From positions 121 through 64,120 of the IMG/VR virus record IMGVR_UViG_3300036857_000386: a DNA stretch of 64,000 nt; one strand, written 5' to 3'. Made by a program: the position numbers and the translations under genes. This document shows, piece by piece, positions 55,513 through 64,000 of the stretch (positions are counted from its first letter, which is position 1; every line of letters begins with the position of its first letter). The notes beneath the pieces are model-generated. The model was not told the origin of the DNA, ran no database searches, and worked only from the letters and a program-made list of their open reading frames with translations. This DNA comes from a virus (lineage: Duplodnaviria; Caudoviricetes).

Positions 55513-56556
55513 TTACTGGATTCGCCCTTCATGCTGTGCCTGCCAGATATCCCGCTCGATGGCCTCCGCGTCGGCTTCACGCCCGCGATACTTGCCAGCG
55601 ATCCTGTCCGCAGTGAACCTCGCAATCCAGGCGGCTGTGTAGACGGGCTTTTCGGGCGGCAATGACTGCGGCGCCGACCTGGCTCTGCCGGGTGCCGCGA
55701 AGTCTTCCAGGGAGGGCTTCCCGCTGGCGTGTCCATTGGTGTCGGACAGAGGCGGCGCTGACGGCCCTGGGCTGGAAGGCGACGGCGGGGTGCCGACAGC
55801 CTCAAGAAATCCCCGGAAAAAAGATACGACCCGATTCGCTTCGTGTCTAGTGAAGGCCTCCTGCAGCATATCGTTGCGGATTTTTCCCGAATACTGATCC
55901 GGCTCGGCGAGCCAGTCCTTGAACTCCGGCATGCGGTTGATGTCGCGCCATGACGGGATCGCATTGGTCAGCGAGGAGTAGACATCCTGCACCTGGTTCT
56001 TGGAGATCACCGTGCCGACGCCGTCGACGCGGCCTTCGAGACGCTGCAGGCGCTTGGCCAGCTCGTCGAACTCCGGGAAGTATTCCTCCTTGGCGCGTTT
56101 TCCCACCACGTCGAGGAAGTCCTCGCCGTATTCGGAGACCTGCTGCTCGGTGACGAATTTCGGCTTGACCGCCGGCACCGCCGCGTCGGGACGCTTGTCC
56201 TCCTCGGCGCCCTTGATCTTCAGCGACGCGATCAGCCGCTCCAGCTCGTCGATGCGCTGGCCCTGCTGATTGTAGTTCTTCTGCAGCGTGTCGTAGCGAC
56301 CCTGCAGCGATCGATAACGCTGGTCCTGATCCTCCTCCCCAGCCGGCTGTGGCGCTGGCTGAGGAGGAGATGCAGCCTCCGGCGAAGCGGGGGGGCTCGG
56401 GGGTGGAGGCTGTTCGGGTGACGCGCTGGCCGACGGAGCTGGCGCGTCGCCGCCGTTGTTATTAAACATCGCCTCGACGGCCGCAAGCTGATCCTGCACC
56501 TGCTTGGGCGGTTTCGGCGTATATTCGTCGACGACTTGTTTGGGCGTCTTAGCCAT
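55513..56556 (-). CDS. Capsid scaffolding protein
   Basis: Upstream of the MCP; Y.SLQGRY coiled coil; ends AQ.EGRI. Confidence 0.75.
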   Translation of the reverse strand: MAKTPKQVVDEYTPKPPKQVQDQLAAVEAMFNNNGGDAPAPSASASPEQPPPPSPPASPEAASPPQPAPQPAGEEDQDQRYRSLQGRYDTLQKNYNQQGQRIDELERLIASLKIKGAEEDKRPDAAVPAVKPKFVTEQQVSEYGEDFLDVVGKRAKEEYFPEFDELAKRLQRLEGRVDGVGTVISKNQVQDVYSSLTNAIPSWRDINRMPEFKDWLAEPDQYSGKIRNDMLQEAFTRHEANRVVSFFRGFLEAVGTPPSPSSPGPSAPPLSDTNGHASGKPSLEDFAAPGRARSAPQSLPPEKPVYTAAWIARFTADRIAGKYRGREADAEAIERDIWQAQHEGRIQ

Positions 56557-56791
56557 TGCCCTTCATCATCCTCTCGTAGAGCTTCGGCGCATTGACCAGC
56601 GCGGTGGAGATTTCGTTCACCGCCAGTGCCATGCCCTGGGCGCGCGGCAGCAGCTCCGGCTGACACTGCAGCATCTCGGTCATCTGCATAGCGGCGTATT
56701 CGCGCATCGCAACCACGAACTCGTTCCACTCGTCGCCGGCTACGGCCCTGAGCTGCATCGCCGTCTTCACGATGCGCGCCGAGGACGGCAT
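56549..56791 (-). CDS. Hypothetical head-module protein
   Basis: W..FV...RAQG.A. Confidence 0.7.
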   Translation of the reverse strand: MPSSARIVKTAMQLRAVAGDEWNEFVVAMREYAAMQMTEMLQCQPELLPRAQGMALAVNEISTALVNAPKLYERMMKGNG

Positions 56792-57099
56792 CAGGGCATC
56801 CTTGACGCCGGAGCTGCCGCGGTCGGGCCGACACCGGGCAGCGCCGGACGCGAACCAGGCACCGGCGCCGACGGACCGCCGCCGGCGACGCGCTGCGCCA
56901 TCGCCTGGCGTGCGCCGAGCTGGGCAGCGGCGGGCGACGACCCGAAGCCCATATTGACGCCGGGCCGCGCCTGGGCGCCGCCGAACTGGCCGCCGAGCCC
57001 GCCGGCCAGCGACGGCGGCGAGCGATAGCCGCTGCGCGAAGTGATGCCCGGCGTATTGAACGCCTGCGACTGCTTGAGCTGCATCGGATTGATCGCCAT
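56791..57099 (-). CDS. Gly/Pro-rich low-complexity protein
   Basis: AAGGAGG RBS. Confidence 0.6.
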   Translation of the reverse strand: MAINPMQLKQSQAFNTPGITSRSGYRSPPSLAGGLGGQFGGAQARPGVNMGFGSSPAAAQLGARQAMAQRVAGGGPSAPVPGSRPALPGVGPTAAAPASRMP

Positions 57100-57101
57100 C
57101 G

Positions 57102-57272
57102 TCACCTCCTTGGCGTTGCGAGGATCCTGATCTCGGCCGGATTGGGCTCGCTCGGCACGATCGGCGTCGCCTTGGCGTAATCGACGATCGTCCTGCGCGA
57201 CGCCTGAAGGTCGTTGAGCGCGCCGCGGTTGGGCAGCTGGCGGATCGGCTTGCCCTTGCTCACTTTCGCCAT
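57102..57272 (-). CDS. 56-aa basic protein (LPNRGAL...DYAKATP)
   Basis: Fills the gap between neighbours. Confidence 0.6.
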   Translation of the reverse strand: MAKVSKGKPIRQLPNRGALNDLQASRRTIVDYAKATPIVPSEPNPAEIRILATPRR

Positions 57273-57568
57273 TGCTTGGCCTTCTGCCTGCCGAGCCCGA
57301 CGCTGGCGCGCGACGGCTTGCGCGCGGCGACTGCCTCGATGTCCTTGAGATCGGTGGGGAAGTAGGTGTCGCCGTAGCTGACGTTGAAGCTGGATTCAGG
57401 CATGTCGCCGCCGTCTTTCGAGTAGCCGCGCTTCTGGCCGCTGCCATCGGTGCCGGACGAGAATCTCGCGGTCAGCCCGCCCTTCATCCGGTAGGCCTTC
57501 TGGTAGGCAAGCCTGGAGATGCCCTGTCCGGACGTCGACGAGACCTTGGCGCGCGGCGCCCGTGCCAT
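57260..57568 (-). CDS. Small basic protein
   Basis: TGATG coupling. Confidence 0.6.
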   Translation of the reverse strand: MARAPRAKVSSTSGQGISRLAYQKAYRMKGGLTARFSSGTDGSGQKRGYSKDGGDMPESSFNVSYGDTYFPTDLKDIEAVAARKPSRASVGLGRQKAKQWRK

Positions 57569-57801
57569 CAGCTCTGGCTCGACCGCCCGGCCTTCTGCGG
57601 CTTGACCGGCGAAAAGCCCTGCATCTTGCCGGACGGCCCGCCCTTGGCGTAGCTGGCGCCCTTACCCGAGTGCTGGGTCACCGCGGTGACACCGGGCGCC
57701 TGCGCGCCGGCCCCGGCGAACTTATGCATTTTGTTCGAGCCGCCGGCCTGGATCTTCTGCTTGCCAGCCGATTTGGAGCTGGACTTCTTGGACGCTGCCA
57801 T
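57568..57801 (-). CDS. Small basic protein with YAKGG motif
   Basis: AAGGA RBS; Lys/Gly/Ser-rich. Confidence 0.7.
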   Translation of the reverse strand: MAASKKSSSKSAGKQKIQAGGSNKMHKFAGAGAQAPGVTAVTQHSGKGASYAKGGPSGKMQGFSPVKPQKAGRSSQS

Positions 57802-57815
57802 CAGCTTTTCCTTTC

Positions 57816-59903
57816 CTAGCCTGGTCCCTGCGCTGGGTTGGGCGGCGTGCCGGGTCCCTGCCCGGCGGTCGGCCCGACCACGTTGGTCTGCGGCCCCTGC
57901 GGCGCGGCCGGCGCGCCGGGTGCCGACGGCCCGCCTGGTGCTCCTCCGGGAGCGCCTGGCGGACCGCCCTGCTGCGACTGCTGCTGCGCGTTGATCTCCT
58001 CCTCCGGGGGGACGATGTCCTCGCCCGGCAGGCCGATCCCCTTCGAGACCTCGCGCAGCACCGTCGCGCGACCCTTCACCCCGGTGATCTGCACGTCGAT
58101 CGGGTTGCCTGTAATTTGAAGGAACTCGAGTTGACGCTGGCGCTGCGTCTCGCGCTGCATGGCGACGTTGACGCCGAGCACGGTAATGGCTTCGTCGCCG
58201 CGCAGGATGCCGGTCTGGTCGGTCAGCATCACCATGTCGTAGAGATCCGAGACCGACGGCTCGACGACATCGTTGTCGATATTCGCCGCCACCGTTTGCA
58301 GGATCTTGGCTGCATTTCCCATGAGCATAGCAAGGCCACTAGCAGTGCGGCCCGCGCCGCCCATCCTCTCGGATCCGGTGATGTAGCGGGGTATCGCGGA
58401 GAGTTCGTCGGCGATCTGGGTGAACTTCTCGTAGACACCGAGCAGCTCCTGGGCGTTGGAATTTGGCTGGAAGAAGGTGATCGGCTGCTGGCCGTTGTTG
58501 GCGCCTAGCGGGTCGGTCTCGACGTGCCAGCGCTTCCATGGATAAAGCTCGTCGCCGTTCTCGTTCTCGGCCACGCGATCGTCGTTGACCACGACCTGCG
58601 GACCGGACGCAATGCTCATGTTGTTGATGAGGGAGCGCAGCGCTGCGTTCGTAGCGTCCTGGATATCCTCCAGTATGTCTGGCAGCGCATTTCCAACGAC
58701 GGTGCCGGGCACTTTCTCGAAGGAGGTGACATAGTAGGGCGGCCTCTTGCGCAGCGAGGGAGAGAGCTGCACCTTGAGCACATAGCGGCCGATCTTGTAG
58801 GCGTCGACGAAGTAATCCAGCATCGGGTCGGGCACCTCGGCCGCGCCGAGCCCATAGTCCAGCAGCATCTCGCCCTGCACGTAGCCGTGGTATTCCAGCA
58901 TGTCCATCATGCCGGACTGGTTCATGCGCGGATCCTCGCGGCTTTCCATCACGGCCCGCGCGGTGTCGGCGTAGGATGCCGCCGCCTCGACGTAGCCGGA
59001 GCGGCCGTACCACCTGAGCACCTCGCGGATGGCGTCCTGGTTGTAGCCGGGCAGGCCGATCAGCTCGTTGAGATCCGAGCGGGTGACGCGGGTGCGCTCG
59101 ATGACATCGGCGTCCTTGATGTCGGACACGCCGGGCGTCCACCACACGTCGAAGGGAGAAACCCGGTTCCAGAACATCTTCGGCTTGTTCTGAGTGATCG
59201 CCCTTCCGTTGACCCAGGTCACCTCGGGCACGATCCTGACCACCGGCCCCTTCAGGCACATGAAGGGAAACAGCGGAATGTCGACCAGGCAGGCGGCGAG
59301 CGCCTCGTAGAACATTCCTTCCGTCAGAATGTCGTCGAGCCTGGTGAACGCCACCTCGGCCTCGACGCGCGCTTTTTTCAGCGCGGCGCGCTTGGCCGAC
59401 GCCATCAGCGAGGAGATGCGGTCCTTGATGTCGTTGGGCGCCACCGGCTGGCCGAGCCGCTGCATGGTGGCGATCTCGACCTGGACCAGGTTGGTGACGT
59501 CGTTCAAGACGTCCTCCGGCAGCGTCGGATCGGGGGTCGGCTCCAGGCCCCACGGTTTTTCGGTGTTAAGGTAGACATCGCGCAGCAACGACGTTGCTCC
59601 GCGGCACTTGGTGGCGATCAGCCGTGCGTAAATTTCCGAACCGCCGAAGCGTCTGATCTCGCTAAGCTTTTGGCTGTCGTACTGCCCCGAAAACACGCGC
59701 ATCGCCGAGGTCAGCCGATCGGTCCAGCCGGACGCGGAGTCACGATGCCGCGCGAAGCGCTCGAACTCGCCGTCGATGAAGCCCACGAGAGACGTGGTGA
59801 AGCGATCGGAGGTGCTGTCCTCAGCTGCGGCGCGAGCCCGCGCGGCGTCAGCCTCTTGGCCGATCAGTCCTTCCGGGGTAACTAGTCTGAGACCGGCAGC
59901 CAT
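57816..59903 (-). CDS. Portal protein
   Basis: ~695 aa first gene of the late operon; NMSIASGPQV, GRTASGLAML. Confidence 0.85.
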   Translation of the reverse strand: MAAGLRLVTPEGLIGQEADAARARAAAEDSTSDRFTTSLVGFIDGEFERFARHRDSASGWTDRLTSAMRVFSGQYDSQKLSEIRRFGGSEIYARLIATKCRGATSLLRDVYLNTEKPWGLEPTPDPTLPEDVLNDVTNLVQVEIATMQRLGQPVAPNDIKDRISSLMASAKRAALKKARVEAEVAFTRLDDILTEGMFYEALAACLVDIPLFPFMCLKGPVVRIVPEVTWVNGRAITQNKPKMFWNRVSPFDVWWTPGVSDIKDADVIERTRVTRSDLNELIGLPGYNQDAIREVLRWYGRSGYVEAAASYADTARAVMESREDPRMNQSGMMDMLEYHGYVQGEMLLDYGLGAAEVPDPMLDYFVDAYKIGRYVLKVQLSPSLRKRPPYYVTSFEKVPGTVVGNALPDILEDIQDATNAALRSLINNMSIASGPQVVVNDDRVAENENGDELYPWKRWHVETDPLGANNGQQPITFFQPNSNAQELLGVYEKFTQIADELSAIPRYITGSERMGGAGRTASGLAMLMGNAAKILQTVAANIDNDVVEPSVSDLYDMVMLTDQTGILRGDEAITVLGVNVAMQRETQRQRQLEFLQITGNPIDVQITGVKGRATVLREVSKGIGLPGEDIVPPEEEINAQQQSQQGGPPGAPGGAPGGPSAPGAPAAPQGPQTNVVGPTAGQGPGTPPNPAQGPG

Positions 59904-59958
59904 CCTCGCTTTCCCTCGGTGCCGGCAGCAATACACCGCAAAGACGCGGATTGACAAC

Positions 59959-60423
59959 ATGGCAGCACAGACACGCTCGGAGGTGTTCGCGATCAACTTC
60001 GCCGCACTGGCCCGCGAGATCGCCATGGATATCCTGCCGATCGGGGATATTTTGGCGCTCCACCAGATCTCCGAATCCGACTGGGAAAAGATCCAGAAGA
60101 ACAAGCTCTTCCAGGACCAGGTGGCGCAGCTCACCCGCGACTGGATGAGCGCCGCCAACACCCGCGAACGCGTAAAAATCAAGGCGGCGACGGGACTGGA
60201 ATCGCAGCTGGAGACCTACATCGCCGAGATCGGCGACAACTCCGTCCCGCTCATCCAGCGCGTCGAGGCCGGCAAGTTCCTGGCCAGGTTGGGCGAACTC
60301 GACGGCGGCCGCGCCGAGGGTGCGCCAGGCGAGAAGTTCTCGATCTCGATTACGATCGGCAACGTCGAAAAGCACATCGACGTCAAGCCGATGAAGACCA
60401 TCGAGGCGATCCCCGAGCCATGA
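59959..60423 (+). CDS. Putative terminase small subunit
   Basis: Overlaps the terL start; helical; ends FSISITIG. Confidence 0.65.
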   Translation: MAAQTRSEVFAINFAALAREIAMDILPIGDILALHQISESDWEKIQKNKLFQDQVAQLTRDWMSAANTRERVKIKAATGLESQLETYIAEIGDNSVPLIQRVEAGKFLARLGELDGGRAEGAPGEKFSISITIGNVEKHIDVKPMKTIEAIPEP

Positions 60424-61811
60424 GCATCCATTTTACCGCGCCGCCGACAATCGCGCGCTTCATGCTCTCGGAAGCCTTCATCCGCATCATCGTCGGGCCG
60501 ATCGGATCGGGGAAAACCACCGGCTGTTTGATGGAGCTGCTTAGGCGCGCCATCGAGCAGCGGCCCGGCCCGGACGGTTTGCGCAGGACGCGCTGGGCGA
60601 TCGTCAGGACGACGCTGTCGCAGCTCAAGATGTCAGTCTTGCTGGACATTTTGAGCTGGTTCCGCGAGATCGCTGTCTACAAGGTTACCGAGCAGCTCGT
60701 GACATTGAGCTTCAACGACGTGCTCGCCGAGATCTACCTGATCCCGCTGGAAGAAGAAGAGGACCAGAAGCGCCTGCTCTCCATGCAGCTGACCGGGGTG
60801 ATGGTCAACGAGGGCATCGAGCTTTCGGTCGATTTGATATCGGCGATCGCCGGCCGCTGCGGAAGATTTCCCAGCGCTGCGGATGGCGGCCCGAGCTGGT
60901 TCGGCATCATCTGCGACACCAACGCGCCGGTCACCGGCAGCGATTGGTGGCGGATGATGGAGCATGACAAGCCTGCCGACTGGGACGTGTTCTGGCAGCC
61001 GGACGGATTATCGCCAGAGGCCGAGAACGTCGAAAATCTTCCGCCCGGCTACTACCAGCGGCTGGCGCTCAATCCCAACGCGGACTGGGTCAGGCGCTAT
61101 GTCAACGCCCAGTACGGCGAGGACCCCTCCGGCGTCGCCGTCTTCAAGGGCTCGTTCCGCTACAATTTCCACGTGGTCGCCTCGCTCGACCCGGTGCGCG
61201 GGCAAGTCGTCCTGGTCGGCCAGGACTTCGGACGCCATCCGTGCTCGCTGATCACCCAGGTCGACCATGCCGGCAGGCTCTTGATCCTTGAGGAGGTGCA
61301 CGCCGAGAACGTCGGCCTGGAGCTGCACGTCACCAGATCGCTGAAGCCGCGGCTGTGGAGCGAGCGCTATTTCGGGTTGATGATGGCCGCGGTCGGCGAT
61401 CCCTCCGGCCGGGCCAAGGGCAACTTCCTGGAGGAAGATTCCTTCGACGTCATGCTCAGGCTCGGCGTGCCGTGCTTCCCGGCGCCGACCAACGACGTCG
61501 ACGCACGCATCCGCGCCGTGGAGACGCTGCTTTTGCAACAGCGCGACGGCGGCCCCGCCGTACTGGTCGACGGCGGACGCTGCCCGATGACGGTCAGGGC
61601 GCTGAACGGGGCGTATCGCTACGGAAAAACAAGTGCCGGGGAAACACGTCCGCTGCCGGAAAAGAAACACCCATGGTCGGATTTCGCGGATGATCTCCAA
61701 TACGTGGCGCTGACCGTCAACGCCGGGCTGGTGCTGAGGATCGCGCGCAAGATCAAGCCCAAGCCGGCCAGGCGGCCGGCCTCGAAGGTCAGCGCTGCGG
61801 GCTGGACCTAG
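60420..61811 (+). CDS. terL: Terminase large subunit
   Basis: GPIGSGKTT, R.T, NE, DTNAP, GQDFG, GDPSG, SDFADDLQY. Confidence 0.92.
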   Translation: MSIHFTAPPTIARFMLSEAFIRIIVGPIGSGKTTGCLMELLRRAIEQRPGPDGLRRTRWAIVRTTLSQLKMSVLLDILSWFREIAVYKVTEQLVTLSFNDVLAEIYLIPLEEEEDQKRLLSMQLTGVMVNEGIELSVDLISAIAGRCGRFPSAADGGPSWFGIICDTNAPVTGSDWWRMMEHDKPADWDVFWQPDGLSPEAENVENLPPGYYQRLALNPNADWVRRYVNAQYGEDPSGVAVFKGSFRYNFHVVASLDPVRGQVVLVGQDFGRHPCSLITQVDHAGRLLILEEVHAENVGLELHVTRSLKPRLWSERYFGLMMAAVGDPSGRAKGNFLEEDSFDVMLRLGVPCFPAPTNDVDARIRAVETLLLQQRDGGPAVLVDGGRCPMTVRALNGAYRYGKTSAGETRPLPEKKHPWSDFADDLQYVALTVNAGLVLRIARKIKPKPARRPASKVSAAGWT

Positions 61812-62143
61812 GGGTTGATCTCCAGCGAGAAGCCCTGGCGGTGATGCCTGCGGCGTGGGTATTGATCGCGATCGTAGAGCCCGTAGTCGCGCTCGTACCG
61901 GCGCTGCTGGGCATGGCGCCGCATCACGTAGAGCCTGCGACAGTCGCCATAGCGGTAGCACTCGCGGCGCGCCTGCCGCCAATGGTGCCTGCGCTGCCAG
62001 CGCGGCGGGCCGTAATTGTCGCCATCCCACTGCACGGGAACAGCCTCGGCAGCGGGACTGCGAAACGAGACCGTGGCCGCATTCGCGACCTCGGGGAGCG
62101 CCACGGCAAATGCTAGCGCGGCAGCGAGAACGAACCTGTTCAT
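61808..62143 (-). CDS. Secreted Arg/Tyr-rich protein of rhizobial type
   Basis: Signal peptide MNRFVLAAALAFAVALPEVANA; ..PVQW then RH-rich. Confidence 0.65.
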   Translation of the reverse strand: MNRFVLAAALAFAVALPEVANAATVSFRSPAAEAVPVQWDGDNYGPPRWQRRHHWRQARRECYRYGDCRRLYVMRRHAQQRRYERDYGLYDRDQYPRRRHHRQGFSLEINP

Positions 62144-62190
62144 GACGTTTCTCCTTCGAGAGGGTAAACGCCATCGGAACCATTTATGTT

Positions 62191-62853
62191 TCACGCGGCG
62201 GCGCTGACGCCGGGGGCAACGGGCACGAACAGCTTTTCAAATTCGTTGCTCGGCCAGACCTCGATGCGCACTACCCCCGGCACGCCGGGCGCCATCAGCA
62301 CCTCCTGGCGGGCGACGTAATCGCCGATCCTGCAGATCAAGACATCGTCGCTGTGCGGCACCCTGAGGCACGGCCCCGCGGCTATGCCGCGCTCGACGTC
62401 GTCGGCGTCGGCATAGCCGATCCAGTTGCGGTCGACCCACGGCGGCGCGTCCTTGAGCGATCCGGGATACCGGTAGGCCTCCAGCACGCGGATCCTGCTC
62501 TCGTAGCGGATGGGTTGGCCGGGGGACGGGCTTGCTGCGCCTGGACGGGGCGCCTGCATTGCCGTCGCCGGCTTCGCGGGCGGCACGATGTCGCGATCGG
62601 GGGCGTCGAGGGGAGGACGGTCCTCGTCTTCGTCCTCGTCGGGCGTGTAGCGATCCGGCAGCGGCACGTCCTCCTCTTCCTCGTCGGGGCCCCGTGGCTC
62701 GGGATCGCGATGGCCGGGGTTGTCCTCGTCCGGCAGGGGGCGCGGCGGACGGCCTGCCTCGGCAGGTGTGGCGGCGGAGAGCGTCGCTTCGAGGATGGTG
62801 GAAATGTCGTCGAGCTGCGTGGCTGTTCCCCTTGGGGCGGTCTTTCTCGGCAT
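62191..62853 (-). CDS. Hypothetical protein with acidic disordered N-terminus and conserved C-terminal domain
   Basis: EAYRY...APPWVDRNW...IGDYV...FEKLF. Confidence 0.7.
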   Translation of the reverse strand: MPRKTAPRGTATQLDDISTILEATLSAATPAEAGRPPRPLPDEDNPGHRDPEPRGPDEEEEDVPLPDRYTPDEDEDEDRPPLDAPDRDIVPPAKPATAMQAPRPGAASPSPGQPIRYESRIRVLEAYRYPGSLKDAPPWVDRNWIGYADADDVERGIAAGPCLRVPHSDDVLICRIGDYVARQEVLMAPGVPGVVRIEVWPSNEFEKLFVPVAPGVSAAA

Positions 62854-62863
62854 GGGCTTGTTC

Positions 62864-63202
62864 CTAGCGGAGCGTCAGCTTGGGCTTATCGGCACGCCTG
62901 TCAAGCTGGGAGGGCGGCAGCTTCTGGGTGCTGGAGAGCGGCTTGACGCCAAGCTTGAGCGGCGGCTGCATGCGATCGGGAAGGGCCGAGGGAACGCCGT
63001 CTTCGGCAGAAGGAGGACTGCGCTCGTCCTCGCGGCTGGCCTTGCGGTCGAGCAGATCCAGATAATTGTCCAGGGCGCGGCGGATGTGCTCCTGCAGCGC
63101 AATACTGTCGCGCTCGCGATGGGCGACCAGGCGATCGTACTGGCGCTGCGTGATGCGCATCGGCAGCGGACGTAAATTGGCGGGACGCTGGGAAAAAGGC
63201 AT
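62864..63202 (-). CDS. Ribbon-helix-helix regulator
   Basis: LPMRITQRQYDRL...IALQEHIRRALDNYL. Confidence 0.7.
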   Translation of the reverse strand: MPFSQRPANLRPLPMRITQRQYDRLVAHRERDSIALQEHIRRALDNYLDLLDRKASREDERSPPSAEDGVPSALPDRMQPPLKLGVKPLSSTQKLPPSQLDRRADKPKLTLR

Positions 63203-63230
63203 GGCAGATCCTGTGCTTATCGGTAATGGG

Positions 63231-63268
63231 AAAATAGGCGAGGTTCGAACAATTTTCAATTGTGTTAC
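63231..63268 (-). promoter_or_regulatory. Promoter TTGAAA-N17-TATTTT preceded by GTAACACAA
   Basis: Read on the minus strand upstream of the RHH gene. Confidence 0.5.
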
Positions 63269-63783
63269 GGGTTCCTGAGCGAATCGAGGTCCATCTCGAA
63301 GATGCCGCGTTCGCGCAATCTCTGCAGCCTGTGCTTGAGGCTGTCGCGCCTGACGCCAAGCAGCTCTGCTGCCTCGCGCGTCGTCAGCAGCTTGCCGTCG
63401 TCATAGATGAAGCTCAGCGAGCCCGAATGCGGCAGGGCTCTGGGCCTGCGGTTGTCAGCCTGCTCGCGCATCGTCGCCCAGCGCCAGTTGCCCGGTCCAT
63501 AACCCTTGTCGTTGTCCGGTCGGTCCACCGTCAGCCCATACTGCGGAGGATTACCGACGTCCGCGTAGTAGTTCTCGAACTCATGCCACCGCTTGTCGAC
63601 GTGGATGCCGCGTCCGCCGTAGTTGTCATAGCCTGGCGCGTGCTCGTCGTAGCAGCGATCCATCATACCGCTCCAGCGCCGGTAGGCGAGCTGCCTGTCC
63701 AGCTTGACGCGCCTGACATCGGCGTTCGTCCTGGACGATACCTTCCACCTCATTCCGCGTTTTCCAACCATCGGGTTCTCCAT
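63265..63783 (-). CDS. HNH-type homing endonuclease (YGGRGI family)
   Basis: W..M..RC.......Y.NYGGRGI.V..RW..F, DR.DN..GY.P.N.RWAT..Q..NRR. Confidence 0.85.
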   Translation of the reverse strand: MENPMVGKRGMRWKVSSRTNADVRRVKLDRQLAYRRWSGMMDRCYDEHAPGYDNYGGRGIHVDKRWHEFENYYADVGNPPQYGLTVDRPDNDKGYGPGNWRWATMREQADNRRPRALPHSGSLSFIYDDGKLLTTREAAELLGVRRDSLKHRLQRLRERGIFEMDLDSLRNP

Positions 63784-63842
63784 TCTCGATGCGTTGTGTT
63801 ACATCGGTTTTTTGCTTTATACAATTGGGGTACATCCAAAAA

Positions 63843-63872
63843 GGGCGAGGGGGGTGGGGGGCGTTGGGCGGG
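63843..63872 (+). other. G-run tract (G-quadruplex-capable; possible packaging or terminus signal)
   Basis: GGGCGAGGGGGGTGGGGGGCGTTGGGCGGG. Confidence 0.5.
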
Positions 63873-64000
63873 TGGCCGCCGGGTAGGCCCCTAGTTCGCA
63901 TTGCGTGGCTTTTCCCTAGGTGTCCGGAGCGTTTCCAGACAGCCCAACGACAACCGGGGCGAGATGAGGCTAGGCGAGAGCGCGGGCCGCAAGACGAGGT

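Noticed and set aside
57816-60182. Portal start at 60182 as in the ORF track
   Set aside because: It would overlap terS; ATG 59903 has a GAGG-type RBS and a promoter-like element
1-64000. Stop-codon reassignment, integrase or phage RNA polymerase
   Set aside because: Core genes are intact in the standard code and use all three stops; no recombinase or RNAP motifs recognised

Overview
The window looks like an essentially complete high-GC tailed dsDNA phage genome with a podovirus-type gene set. The last 7 nt repeat the first 7 nt, which suggests a circular or permuted assembly. The host is probably an alphaproteobacterium (inference from promoter style and a rhizobial-type secreted protein). 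The + strand carries a structured non-coding region across the ends, an iteron/palindrome region and early genes (HhH-GPD glycosylase-like protein, many small ORFs, a DUF3150-like/AAA/HEXXH-VWA module, a tiny secreted Cys peptide). It continues with two ParB-like proteins and replication genes (PolA, PD-(D/E)XK nuclease, VRR-NUC, SNF2 helicase, adenine methyltransferase, SSB-like protein, primase-helicase). The - strand carries the late operon: portal, scaffold, major capsid, adaptors, tail fibres, tail tube, ejection proteins including a 2485-aa giant, a Gp49/Acb4-like protein, GH25 endolysin and holin candidates. The terminase genes are inverted relative to the portal. I saw no integrase, RNA polymerase, tRNA, CRISPR array or reverse transcriptase. 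The best leads are a ~420-nt multi-stem candidate ncRNA spanning the junction, an unannotated secreted 4-Cys hairpin peptide, a shared [FY]xxGG motif in internal virion proteins, a genome-wide GTAAC(A/G)(C/T)AA operator and a recoded AT-rich patch in the capsid gene. All family calls come from motif recognition by eye; no searches were run.
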